A stretch of 49,028 nucleotides of DNA, taken from a virus. Taxonomy: Duplodnaviria > Caudoviricetes. The notes under the pieces were generated by a model. It saw nothing but the letters and a program-made list of their open reading frames with translations, was not told the origin of the DNA and ran no database searches. Location: IMG/VR virus record IMGVR_UViG_3300005512_000052, positions 1-49,028 of that record, one strand, 5' to 3'. Positions 18,656 through 27,795 of this stretch are shown here, in pieces. The position numbers and the translations under genes were made by a program. The stretch's first letter is position 1, and each line of letters opens with the position of its first letter.

Positions 18656-18713
18656 ACACACATTTTTTATACAATCCACTAAATACAGCATATTAAAAAG
18701 ATACAAAAAAAAT

Positions 18714-18923
18714 ATGGCAAAAGGTAAAATTAAATGGTTCAACTCCGCAAAAGGATTTGGATTTATTACCCCAGATGATGAAGGTAAGGACGTGTTCCTA
18801 CACATTTCTGCTCTAAAAGCCGCCAACTTGAAAGAAGTTAATGACGGCGAAGTGGTTGAATATGAACTGCAAGAGTTCAGAGGTAGAGAAGTGGCTACTG
18901 ACATCAAGATCATCAAAGAATAA
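18714..18923 (+). CDS. cspA: Cold-shock protein
   Basis: KWFNSAKGFGFI (RNP1) and DVFLHIS (RNP2). Confidence 0.95.
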   Translation: MAKGKIKWFNSAKGFGFITPDDEGKDVFLHISALKAANLKEVNDGEVVEYELQEFRGREVATDIKIIKE

Positions 18924-18965
18924 TCATCACTTGACACTGTTGTAATAATATGCTATGTTTATGAC

Positions 18966-19160
18966 ATGGCAATAAAATTTTACAAGAATAAAATAGTGAT
19001 AGAAGACTTCCAGAATCATTGGAAGGAAGACAGCAAACATGGACACATATTCAAATTTGCTCACGGTAAAACATTCAAGGACACGAAACCATTCATAATA
19101 GAAGTGAAGCATCCAGACAAAGTGCGTAGTTCTGATGGTAGATGGCACAAAACAAAATAG
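18966..19160 (+). CDS. Hypothetical protein
   Basis: 64 aa; TTGACA-17-TATGTT promoter 6 nt upstream. Confidence 0.65.
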   Translation: MAIKFYKNKIVIEDFQNHWKEDSKHGHIFKFAHGKTFKDTKPFIIEVKHPDKVRSSDGRWHKTK

Positions 19161-19197
19161 TTCTTGACTTTCATCAATATATCTGTTTAAATACACT

Positions 19198-19495
19198 GTA
19201 GGCGTTGAAGTGTGTGTAATACACTTTTGGGACGCGGGTTCAACTCCCGCCACCTCCACCAACACTCATTTAAAATAGTCTGGTTTATTTTGAGGGGGTG
19301 TACTGGGTTTCGACCGGAGCATAAAGACACATGGAGTTTACCAGTCAGGCCTCTGTAAAGGGCTAACTTATAAATGCAAACGCATTTAAACCAGAAGTGA
19401 CAGTTCCTGTCAGCGTATTCGCTGATGCGGAATTGGTTGCCGCTTAATAACCGGCCACTTGGCGGATGATCTACCGGGCAACAGAACAGATCAGG
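19198..19495 (+). ncRNA. ssrA: Circularly permuted two-piece tmRNA
   Basis: Acceptor piece with T-arm GCGGG-TTCAACT-CCCGC and CACCTCC-A-CCA ending at 19261; spacer; coding piece starts GGGGGTG at 19294 and gives a G3.U70 Ala acceptor stem; tag ORF 19376-19447 ANAFKPEVTVPVSVFADAELVAA*. Outer boundaries approximate. Confidence 0.93.
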
Positions 19496-19520
19496 TGTGG
19501 GAGTTTCGGCTCCCACATTT
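19496..19520 (+). terminator. Terminator after tmRNA
   Basis: TGTGGGAGT-TTCG-GCTCCCACA-TTT. Confidence 0.75.
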
Positions 19521-19598
19521 AAAGTATTACATTATCATTAAACCATCACTTAACATTCACATACCGATATTTAAATAATTGTGTGAAAGGAGTCGCTT

Positions 19599-19868
19599 AT
19601 GGCTCGACCTAAAAGAAGAAAACTTTCTCAGTTTTCTAAATGGAAGAAAAAGGCGCCTCGTGTGCCTGACATCACCTGCCCAATAATAGACGATGTGTTG
19701 TTACGATTAGACAAACATTACGAACAACACAGATTGTTTTCAAAACATCAATGGAACATAATTCACAAACGAATGGAACAACTGCGTACTGACAATGAAC
19801 TGCTCAGAGAAAGTGGTCAATATTGGTACGAAATTTGCAAAGAGCATCTCGAAAACCCAAAGAAATAG
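19599..19868 (+). CDS. Hypothetical protein
   Basis: AGGAG SD; 89 aa. Confidence 0.75.
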   Translation: MARPKRRKLSQFSKWKKKAPRVPDITCPIIDDVLLRLDKHYEQHRLFSKHQWNIIHKRMEQLRTDNELLRESGQYWYEICKEHLENPKK

Positions 19869-19916
19869 CGGATAATTTGCTCTTGATTTATATCTAAAAT
19901 AGTATATACTATGTGT

Positions 19917-20648
19917 ATGGCTATTTGGTATAAAAAGTATGTGATAGACAAACTGAACAAAGCAAAAGATTCAGTGGATGAGAAATTGCGAGAAGCATTT
20001 CCAAGACGTACCATAAACAAAATAAAGATATTTCTTTACAAAGTGTTGGCAGTGATTGTGGTGATTTTTGCCGCATACATTTACGGCACATTCAATCCCA
20101 ATCCTGTCACTGTGGACAAGATCCGCAAAGAAGAAGACAAGCGAATGGTGGAGATGGCAAAAAACTTTGGGCTACACGAACCTGAATTTGTTTTCAATGG
20201 ACCAAAAACTTTTGTTAAGGCAATGAACAAGTGCATAGATTACATCAACTGGACACTGCCCATTGATCAAAGAATACCCAGAGACATCTTGGTGGCAATG
20301 GCCATCATAGAATCCGACTATGGCAGAAGTAGGTTTGCTGTGGAAGGCAATGCTCTGTTTGGGGTTAGAACCTGGAACTTGGACACTGTGCCACACATGA
20401 AGCCTGCCGCCATTCCCAACGCAAGATTTGGTGTTAAAAAATACCCAACCAAATGTCAGAGTGTGGAAGATGTGATCGCAATCATCAATAGGCACCCTGC
20501 CTACAAACCTTTTAGAGATTCAAGAAATCAAAATAGAACACAACCTAACATTGAACAAATGGTGAATGGTTTGAGTGCTTGGAGTACCAATGAGGAATAC
20601 GCCAACATTATTTTGAACAAAATTCAATCATTGACAAAAAGTAAATAA
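19917..20648 (+). CDS. Glucosaminidase (GH73/Bax-like) peptidoglycan hydrolase with N-terminal TM anchor
   Basis: AIIESDYGRSRFAVEGNALFG and WSTNEEY motifs; TM helix VLAVIVVIFAAYIYG. Confidence 0.8.
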   Translation: MAIWYKKYVIDKLNKAKDSVDEKLREAFPRRTINKIKIFLYKVLAVIVVIFAAYIYGTFNPNPVTVDKIRKEEDKRMVEMAKNFGLHEPEFVFNGPKTFVKAMNKCIDYINWTLPIDQRIPRDILVAMAIIESDYGRSRFAVEGNALFGVRTWNLDTVPHMKPAAIPNARFGVKKYPTKCQSVEDVIAIINRHPAYKPFRDSRNQNRTQPNIEQMVNGLSAWSTNEEYANIILNKIQSLTKSK

Positions 20649-20665
20649 CACAATACAATAATAGA

Positions 20666-21043
20666 ATGGGATTTATTATTTTGAAACAACCAAAAAAGAT
20701 ACAGCATCGTTTACCCAACACAGAGTCTTTGCGTAAAGCACGAGCCGAACATCAGGCTTGGTTGAAGGAGAGAGGCTTGGACAAAATCAAATACAGAAAA
20801 AGAAAGTCAGAGACATTACACTTTGAAAAAGTGGAAGACAGAAATGGCATACCATTAGGCAACAAAGTTCCTGTGATGGAAAAAGGTATAGGTTCCAAAC
20901 CAGAACCTATGGTGTATTCAGGCGAAAGAAAATTGATAGGTATTGCCACCATGCACAAATCAAACCAAGTGCCTGTGTTTGCTGATGATGACACAGAGGG
21001 TAGAGACAAAGCCACTGAAATATCACAGATGAGGAGAAACTAA
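20666..21043 (+). CDS. Conserved T4-like phage hypothetical protein
   Basis: YSG..LIGIATMHKSN.VPVF motif; TTGACA-17-TACAAT promoter 6 nt upstream. Confidence 0.75.
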   Translation: MGFIILKQPKKIQHRLPNTESLRKARAEHQAWLKERGLDKIKYRKRKSETLHFEKVEDRNGIPLGNKVPVMEKGIGSKPEPMVYSGERKLIGIATMHKSNQVPVFADDDTEGRDKATEISQMRRN

Positions 21044-21207
21044 TGAAGGCATACAGTTTTCAATTAGAAATGAAAGATAGAACTATTAACACTCACGTTT
21101 ATTCAGAAACGGGTGAAGACATAGCAGAAAGATTCCCACAATACAAAGTGAGTGATATAAAACAATTGGATAAAGATCCCACAACTGATCTCACATACCA
21201 GGATTAA
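21043..21207 (+). CDS. Hypothetical 54-aa protein
   Basis: TAATG coupling, GAGGAG SD; MKAYSFQLEMK...LTYQD. Confidence 0.65.
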   Translation: MKAYSFQLEMKDRTINTHVYSETGEDIAERFPQYKVSDIKQLDKDPTTDLTYQD

Positions 21208-21210
21208 TAG

Positions 21211-21393
21211 ATGAGCGAAGAAAAAGAAACTTTTTGGAATTTTATTTGTTGGGATTGTAAATGGAGAGGTGTTGCCCAAGAATTAGAAAAAGACGAGACA
21301 CTGGAAGAATTTTATTGTTGTCCTCAGTGTAGCAGTGAAAACTTCGAAGATGTGGGTTGGCATCTAGGCGATAAAAAATACACAGGAGAATAA
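21211..21393 (+). CDS. Small zinc-ribbon protein
   Basis: CWDC...CPQC. Confidence 0.7.
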   Translation: MSEEKETFWNFICWDCKWRGVAQELEKDETLEEFYCCPQCSSENFEDVGWHLGDKKYTGE

Positions 21394-21492
21394 ATGTTAG
21401 GTTTGTTTTTTATAGGAATAGTTTTTAGTGTGGCAGTGATGGCATTTTTATTACACATAAGGAAGTATGATGAAGACCACACAGAAAATTAA
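21394..21492 (+). CDS. 32-aa membrane peptide
   Basis: AGGAG SD; MLGLFFIGIVFSVAVMAFLLHIRK... Confidence 0.55.
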   Translation: MLGLFFIGIVFSVAVMAFLLHIRKYDEDHTEN

Positions 21493-21982
21493 ATCTTGGT
21501 TCAATTTCGATTGGTTGAAGAAGTCTGAGTTGATTGAACTCAAACAGGTTGATTGCTCACAGGATCCTGTGAGACCAGAACTGGATATTAAATTCAGAAC
21601 ATCTTACGGTAGAAAAATTTACGGACTCAAACACAATGGAGAAATCAAAGCAGTGATGTGTTTTGGCTTTGTGAATGAAATACCCACCACAGTGGAAGAA
21701 TTGGATCTGTTTTCCAAAGACGCCTATCTACAAGCCACCCATAGAGCAGGCATACAAGGTTCTATTGCTATTGCCTACACTGTGTGGAGTTTGAAAAAAG
21801 GCGGCGGCAAGATGATTGTTGATGAAGTTTTCAAAATGATTAAAAAATCCAATCATCTCAATAGATTAATCACACTGTCTCCGTTGACCCAAATGGCAGA
21901 AAGATTTCATTTGAAAAACGGTGCTCGTCTTATTCAAAAAAACGAAACCTCCCAAAACTTCGAATACACTGTTTCCAAATAG
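21467..21982 (+). CDS. Conserved phage protein (possible GNAT-like fold)
   Basis: DPVRP, AYTVWS..KGGG, ITLSP and FHLKNGA motifs; fold assignment tentative. Confidence 0.6.
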   Translation: MMKTTQKIKSWFNFDWLKKSELIELKQVDCSQDPVRPELDIKFRTSYGRKIYGLKHNGEIKAVMCFGFVNEIPTTVEELDLFSKDAYLQATHRAGIQGSIAIAYTVWSLKKGGGKMIVDEVFKMIKKSNHLNRLITLSPLTQMAERFHLKNGARLIQKNETSQNFEYTVSK

Positions 21983-22095
21983 ATATTTTGGTAACATTAA
22001 AACAAAAACTCAATAACGACACCATTTCTTTTTGGTATTCAATGCTTGACTATTTTGGCTGATTCTTATATACTATACACTTACAAAGGAGGCTT

Positions 22096-22683
22096 ATGAA
22101 AAGGCACATTAATATAATAATGGTACTTGTATTAGGTTTTGTTTTATCTGCTTGTTCAGGTAGAATGGTACAATTACCAACAGAAAACACAAAAGGAAAA
22201 CAGGTACCTGCTTGGTATCTTAAACACGCAGATACTGGCAAAGAAGGTATCATATTTAGAGATGGATTCTACTACGCAGTAGCAGTGGCAGTATCTCCAG
22301 ATATGGAAATGTCTCAAAAGAAGGCAGTTCTTAAAGCCAAGGCAAAGATCACAGACAGAATAAATGGTGAGATGAACAATAAGACATCCATCAACTATTC
22401 AGAAAAAGGTGCGTCTGAGTCTATGACTGGAACTGTTGAAGCACAAGATGTGATTGTGAATATGATCAAGCAGACTGTGTTGAGAACATATTCTGTGGAG
22501 AAGAAGATCACTCTTTACAACACAGACAAAAACAATTATAGATCGTTTGTGTTGATGAAAATCTCGAAGAAAGATGTTGATGCTATTGTTCAATTGGTTG
22601 AGGACAAAAACAATAAAAAGTTACTCAGCAAATTGAAAGTCAGCGACACTTCCGACAAAGTGTTAAAACAGTCTGAGAGGTAA
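22096..22683 (+). CDS. Lipoprotein (LPP20-like)
   Basis: Signal peptide with lipobox LSAC, VPAWY; GGAGG SD. Confidence 0.75.
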   Translation: MKRHINIIMVLVLGFVLSACSGRMVQLPTENTKGKQVPAWYLKHADTGKEGIIFRDGFYYAVAVAVSPDMEMSQKKAVLKAKAKITDRINGEMNNKTSINYSEKGASESMTGTVEAQDVIVNMIKQTVLRTYSVEKKITLYNTDKNNYRSFVLMKISKKDVDAIVQLVEDKNNKKLLSKLKVSDTSDKVLKQSER

Positions 22684-22684
22684 T

Positions 22685-23035
22685 ATGCGATCAGTGTTCT
22701 ATGCGATTGCTCTCACCTTTTTGGTGATAGGAATGGTGTTGTTTGTTCTGGCAAGCAAGTCAGAAGCAGGTGGCCCATGGAGCGATCAGTATTGTAATGC
22801 CCAGACAGAAACTGTCATCATCAAAGATGCTGAAGGCAATATCACAGACAAAACAACTGTGGAAAAGATGGTGTGTGATGACGGTGCCAAAGACTTTTTG
22901 GCATATTCGGGCATAGCAAAAGAGTGTAGAGAATATTGGTTTGAAATGTATATCAATCAACAATGGGTAAGGAAGAAAGGATATGTCTGTGAGAAATTTG
23001 ATGGTTCATGGGAAATGGTTAATCCTATTAAGTAG
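22685..23035 (+). CDS. Secreted Cys-containing hypothetical protein
   Basis: N-terminal hydrophobic signal ending SEA; 4 Cys. Confidence 0.7.
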   Translation: MRSVFYAIALTFLVIGMVLFVLASKSEAGGPWSDQYCNAQTETVIIKDAEGNITDKTTVEKMVCDDGAKDFLAYSGIAKECREYWFEMYINQQWVRKKGYVCEKFDGSWEMVNPIK

Positions 23036-23432
23036 TCTGCTGTTGACAGCCTGTGGTACAACCACCAGTGTTAACAAAAGCGTCAGTGCTGATAAAAGTG
23101 TCAGTCACAACTACACACACGCAGGCACAAGTGTAGAACTGTTCTACAATTTTGTGCGTAACAATATGGGCAAACTCACCAAGGAAGATCAGCAAAAACA
23201 GAATCAAGCAGTATTCTTTGCTCTGGACAATCTGGAAGAAGGCAAAGTGGTTGCTTGGCACAACATGAAACAGGATACCCATGGTTTTGTTAAAATTGTG
23301 ATGAGTTATCCCAATGGCAGTGGTTATTGTAGAGTGGTATTCACCCAAATCAAAAAGAAAAGCAAAATAAGAGATTTTAAAGAAACTGCCTGTAGAGATG
23401 TTGCCTACCGAGGTTGGCAATTTATTAGATAA
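23001..23432 (+). CDS. Lipoprotein, RT0821/Lpp0805 (17-kDa surface antigen)-like
   Basis: Lipobox LTAC; ALDN..G...WHN...G, YCR, TACR...W motifs. Confidence 0.7.
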   Translation: MVHGKWLILLSSLLLTACGTTTSVNKSVSADKSVSHNYTHAGTSVELFYNFVRNNMGKLTKEDQQKQNQAVFFALDNLEEGKVVAWHNMKQDTHGFVKIVMSYPNGSGYCRVVFTQIKKKSKIRDFKETACRDVAYRGWQFIR

Positions 23433-23467
23433 AAATAGGTAAATACAGCATACGAAAAGGAAAAAGT

Positions 23468-24991
23468 ATGCTATTTGGACTTATTACATTCCTAACCGCA
23501 ATCACAATATCCGGCGTCGCAATTTACTATTCGGTGGCTGGACTTGTGGCTATATTTGCCGCGGCGGCTGTGCCTATCATCATAATGGGTACTGCTTTAG
23601 AAGTGGGCAAGTTGGTCACCGCAGTGTGGTTACACAAGAATTGGAAGCGAGCCGCCTGGTGGCTTAAGACTTACCTTTTAATCGCAGTGGTTGTATTGAT
23701 GTTAATCACATCAATGGGTATATTTGGATTTCTTTCCAAAGCCCATGTGGATCAAAACTTATCCTCAGACACAGTCACTCAAAGAATTGAAATCATAGAC
23801 AACAAAGTCAAAGCAGAGAACAGTTATATTGAGCGTCAGAAAGGTGTGTTAGAACGTCTAACAGGGCAAAGCACGGGCAGTAATGATAGATTTAATCAAG
23901 ACATCAACATTGAGCAAAAGAAGATAGATGATGCCTACAAGCGTCTAGAAGTGTTGGATGCTGATGTTAAAGCATACACTGATCAGGGCAAAGGCATATT
24001 CAAAGGAGACAACATCAAACGTGGTTTGGAAGTGCGTAAGAGCCAACAGGCAGAAAGAGACAGAATCAATCAGCAGATCACAACAGCACAAGAAAACATC
24101 AACAAGTTGAGAGCACAGATCAACAACACACTAAATCAGAACACAGTGGAAATCAAAACCATTGAAAAGAACATATTTGATGCCCAGGGCAGAATAGAAA
24201 CCTTAATCATAGATCAAGAGCCACTCAAAGGACAGTTGATGAAACTGGAATCAGAAGTGGGTCCAATCAGATACATTGCTGAATTTGTGTATGGAGAACA
24301 GGCAGACAGAAACTTGTTGGAAGAAGCAGTGAGATGGGTGATCATAACCATTATTTTTGTGTTTGATCCATTGGCAGTGTTATTGTTGATTGCCAGTCAA
24401 TACACATTCAGATGGAGATACATCGACACTCATGGTGAAGAACCTACTCCACCAAAAACTCCACCAGCACCAAAAACTCCACCTATGCCTGTAGCACCTA
24501 AACCGTCGGGCGGACAGAGTTTAACCAAAATAGTGGAGAAGCAAAAAGCAGTTCAAACTCAATCCAAACCCATTAAATTGAGCAACATCGCTGAAAAGAA
24601 AACATTCACAACTAAACCCAGTGCTGAAAAATTAGAAGAGTTTAAACAACGGGAATTGAGCGAAGCAGAAAATTTAAGACGTGTGTCTTATGACGCCAAA
24701 GAAGCAGATTGGCAGAAAGCAAAAACAGCCTGGAAAGAAGCAAATCCTAAAGACACAATACATAGACATAAAGAATTATATATCAAAGGCTTAATAGACA
24801 CTCTTCCTTGGGAAAATTATGAACCAGTTGAAACACCAATGCCATTAGAGCAATGGAACAAGATGATTGAAGAAGCAGAAAAAGAAGTTACAAAAGAGTC
24901 GGATCCAAAAAAAAAGACTTCAGCATACATAATGAGAGAAAAGAATCAACAGGTGAAGAAGGAAACCCAGGACGAATCAAACCAAATTTAA
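23468..24991 (+). CDS. Multi-TM coiled-coil membrane protein with internal slippery site
   Basis: N-terminal TM helices, long coiled coil, EVGPIRYIAE, TM VFDPLAV, Pro-rich linker; CCA AAA AAA AAG at 24905-24916. Confidence 0.8.
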   Translation: MLFGLITFLTAITISGVAIYYSVAGLVAIFAAAAVPIIIMGTALEVGKLVTAVWLHKNWKRAAWWLKTYLLIAVVVLMLITSMGIFGFLSKAHVDQNLSSDTVTQRIEIIDNKVKAENSYIERQKGVLERLTGQSTGSNDRFNQDINIEQKKIDDAYKRLEVLDADVKAYTDQGKGIFKGDNIKRGLEVRKSQQAERDRINQQITTAQENINKLRAQINNTLNQNTVEIKTIEKNIFDAQGRIETLIIDQEPLKGQLMKLESEVGPIRYIAEFVYGEQADRNLLEEAVRWVIITIIFVFDPLAVLLLIASQYTFRWRYIDTHGEEPTPPKTPPAPKTPPMPVAPKPSGGQSLTKIVEKQKAVQTQSKPIKLSNIAEKKTFTTKPSAEKLEEFKQRELSEAENLRRVSYDAKEADWQKAKTAWKEANPKDTIHRHKELYIKGLIDTLPWENYEPVETPMPLEQWNKMIEEAEKEVTKESDPKKKTSAYIMREKNQQVKKETQDESNQI

Positions 24992-25087
24992 CCACAATCG
25001 TTTATCCTGATTCATACAAGCAAAACGAAGAACAAAGTCACAATTCAAATTGGAAGAAACTGTACGAATAATTGAATAATTATTTGT

Positions 25088-25486
25088 ATGCCAAAACTAA
25101 ATTTAATCACAGAACCAGATAAACTGTTCAATGAGAATACCAGCATTCTTTTGATTAATCCGTCAGATGCTGTGAAAGAAGAATTCAATCAAAGAGCCAA
25201 ACAGTTTGAATCAGACGTCAATGTGTATATGTATGAAATAGGTGATCCTGATATGCCTTCAAATGTAAAATGGTTGATTGATATTGTGAACAGTGTGAAT
25301 ATAATTGTGTTCGATGTTAATGGTACATTTCAAGATAGATGGTTGATTGGTTATATATTAAACAAGAACAACTGTTATTATTTTTGGAATGGATCAGAAG
25401 TGTTTGCCTATCACTTTATTAACAATAACAAAATATATGATTTAGAATTTTTGCCTAACAAAATAAAAGAATTGGAGAATAACTGA
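25088..25486 (+). CDS. Hypothetical protein
   Basis: 132-aa ORF. Confidence 0.75.
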   Translation: MPKLNLITEPDKLFNENTSILLINPSDAVKEEFNQRAKQFESDVNVYMYEIGDPDMPSNVKWLIDIVNSVNIIVFDVNGTFQDRWLIGYILNKNNCYYFWNGSEVFAYHFINNNKIYDLEFLPNKIKELENN

Positions 25487-26130
25487 TGCCAATGAAAGCA
25501 GACTTGTGGTTTCCTACTGTTATTTGGAATGACACACTGAAACACATTAACAATAGTGAAATAAAAGAATTTGTTTACAAGGTCAAAGAATCTGACAAAG
25601 GCAGAGAGATATCAAACTATGGTGGATGGCAAAGTCAGTTGTACGATATAACTTCCACCAGACCTATTCCAATAGAGCGTTTCATTCAGTCACTGCAGAA
25701 ATGTGTTGACGACTGTACAAAAATGGCAGGTTTACCAGATTTACAGATATGTGATTATTGGTGGAACATAAATCACAAAGGTGATTACAATCATCCTCAT
25801 ACTCATAGAGACAGTATTTTAAGCGGAGTTTACTACATAGACATACCAGACGAGAACATGGGAAACATTCATTTTGAAAGAGAAGATGATGCTGAATATT
25901 TCTTACCCAAAGTGATGCCTAAACGCAATCACATCACAGCAGAAAGAGCCACTTATAAACCTATCAATGGAGGCATACTAATTTTTCCAAGTTGGGTTTA
26001 TCATTCCGTGGATGGCAACAAGTCAGACAAGCCTAGAATATCTATGAGTTTTAACACATCAATTGCGATGACCCCTGCCAATGATGAACTGGCAAGATTG
26101 AACGGATTCCCACCATTGACAGATCAATAA
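25486..26130 (+). CDS. Fe(II)/2OG oxygenase (TIGR02466-like)
   Basis: WWNIN..HPHTH..LSGVYY..FPSWVYHSV..RISMSFN. Confidence 0.88.
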   Translation: MPMKADLWFPTVIWNDTLKHINNSEIKEFVYKVKESDKGREISNYGGWQSQLYDITSTRPIPIERFIQSLQKCVDDCTKMAGLPDLQICDYWWNINHKGDYNHPHTHRDSILSGVYYIDIPDENMGNIHFEREDDAEYFLPKVMPKRNHITAERATYKPINGGILIFPSWVYHSVDGNKSDKPRISMSFNTSIAMTPANDELARLNGFPPLTDQ

Positions 26131-26150
26131 TGTTGTGTTAGTATAACACA

Positions 26151-26867
26151 ATGGTCACCACGGAACAAAAACGCAATCTTCTAGAACGAATTAAAAATGA
26201 AACTAAATTTTATGAAATACGTTTGGAAGGCGTAGGTTGCGAAATTGCTATGGGCGAGATCACACCAGAAGCATATCGATATTGGCATAAAAAATCAGAT
26301 AGAGAATTTGGCAATTACATGTCTCAATATAGAGATATGAATATGCTTGGCAAGGTTCCAAGCAAAGCACAATTTGATAGGGATTGGTATGAGTATGATG
26401 ATATTGCTCATGTGTCAGGAGTATTGGTAAAACCTACAAACACAATGTATATTGATCAGTTTAACAAAAAGTTTGAATATGAAAACACCATTATGAGTGT
26501 ACCTTTGGATTTGAGATCATTAAAACGTGCTGGAATACAGATTGGCAAAAGATTTCAATGGGGCGGAAGAAAAAGTAATGCTCTCGCAGGCAAACACTAC
26601 TTCAGAGGTGTTAGTCGTGAAAAAGGTGTTTGGTATTCAGAAGAAAAAATCAAACAGAAAATTTACAATTTCGATGTGGAAAAATTAAAACTAACCTACA
26701 GTAGATGTGAAAATACATATGTTTTCCATGAATTAGAATATGACGGATTAACCTATCTTTTAGCCACAGATACCAGAGGTTCCAGTTTTGACATTGGGGT
26801 TAGGAAAGGACCAGTCAAACAAGATTTTGGTAAAATTAATCAAAAAAATATATGGTTAGACTCTTGA
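26151..26867 (+). CDS. Hypothetical protein, paralog of 42734-43432
   Basis: GCEIAMGEITPEAYRYW matches GGEVAMGEITKEQYTFW. Confidence 0.75.
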   Translation: MVTTEQKRNLLERIKNETKFYEIRLEGVGCEIAMGEITPEAYRYWHKKSDREFGNYMSQYRDMNMLGKVPSKAQFDRDWYEYDDIAHVSGVLVKPTNTMYIDQFNKKFEYENTIMSVPLDLRSLKRAGIQIGKRFQWGGRKSNALAGKHYFRGVSREKGVWYSEEKIKQKIYNFDVEKLKLTYSRCENTYVFHELEYDGLTYLLATDTRGSSFDIGVRKGPVKQDFGKINQKNIWLDS

Positions 26868-26928
26868 TTTTTACAGAAGAATTATTATATAATACAGTAT
26901 CACAGCACACAGCCGTGATAAATAACAG

Positions 26929-26991
26929 TGTAAGTTGCTTAGATAGGGCTTACATTAAAATTAACTTGCTTAACAAGGAGGAAACGCAATG
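26929..26991 (+). promoter_or_regulatory. ROSE-like RNA thermometer in the hsp20 leader
   Basis: CUUGCU-uaac-AAGGAG hairpin over the SD, preceded by a second UUGCU/AGG hairpin. Confidence 0.6.
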
Positions 26992-27429
26992 AAAAATAAT
27001 CTATCTATATTCAATCAATTAAGACCAGTAACTGTAGGATTCGACTCTATGTTCGATAGATTCGAAAGAATGGTGGAGGATGATTTCTTCACTGGAACTT
27101 CAGTAAACTATCCACCATACAATATCGTAAAAACAGGTGATTACACCTATGATATTGAGTTGGCTTTGGCTGGATTCAACAAGAAAGATATTGATGTGGA
27201 GTATGCAGACAACATACTTACAATCAAGTCTATCAAGTCTGATGAAGCAAAAGCAGAACAGGATGGTATGATCCACAGAGGCATCTCTAAGAGACAATTC
27301 ACAAGATCATTCACAATAGCGGATGATGTGGAAGTCAAAGGTGCTGAACTCAAAGATGGTCTTTTGAAAGTTTCTTTGGAAAGAATTATTCCAGAGAGCA
27401 AAAAGGCAAGATCAATTGAAGTTAAGTAA
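26989..27429 (+). CDS. hsp20: Small heat-shock protein Hsp20 (IbpA-like)
   Basis: NYPPYNI, LALAGF, HRGISKRQFTRSF, DGLL. Confidence 0.95.
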   Translation: MKNNLSIFNQLRPVTVGFDSMFDRFERMVEDDFFTGTSVNYPPYNIVKTGDYTYDIELALAGFNKKDIDVEYADNILTIKSIKSDEAKAEQDGMIHRGISKRQFTRSFTIADDVEVKGAELKDGLLKVSLERIIPESKKARSIEVK

Positions 27430-27448
27430 CATTAACTTTAAGAATATG

Positions 27449-27470
27449 GGTAGGGTGGCAACACCCTACC
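27449..27470 (+). terminator. Stem-loop after hsp20
   Basis: GGTAGGGTG-GCAA-CACCCTACC; no U tract. Confidence 0.55.
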
Positions 27471-27489
27471 TAACCAAAAAGTAGGTACA

Positions 27490-27795
27490 ATGACAACAGA
27501 TATAGAAGTAAAAACAGATTCAAAAGTAAAACAGATCATTAAGACTCCCAAAAATTATCATGTAATTCTTTTAAATGATGAAGTAACACCAATGGATTTT
27601 GTGGTGGAACTTTTGGTAAAGATATTTAGACACACACCAGAAACTGCCAAGGATCTAACATTGAAGATCCACAAGGAAGGTTCGGCAGTGGTAGGAACCT
27701 ATACATATGAATTAGCAGAACAAAAAGGCACAGAAGCAACACAGGAGAGCAGAGACAGAGGTTTTCCTTTACAGGTAAAAGTTGAACAGGAATGA
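27490..27795 (+). CDS. clpS: ATP-dependent Clp protease adaptor ClpS
   Basis: YHVILLNDEVTPMDFVV, IHKEG, AEQK, FPL. Confidence 0.95.
   Translation: MTTDIEVKTDSKVKQIIKTPKNYHVILLNDEVTPMDFVVELLVKIFRHTPETAKDLTLKIHKEGSAVVGTYTYELAEQKGTEATQESRDRGFPLQVKVEQE

Noticed and set aside
18927-19516. Minus-strand ORFs 18927-19265 and 19187-19516
   Set aside because: They are antisense shadows of the tmRNA and of the 18966 gene; VEVAGVEPAS is the typical reverse translation of a T-arm.
24443-24484. Short direct repeat CCAAAAACTCCACC
   Set aside because: It encodes a Pro-rich linker (PKTPP twice) within the membrane protein and is not a regulatory or CRISPR repeat.
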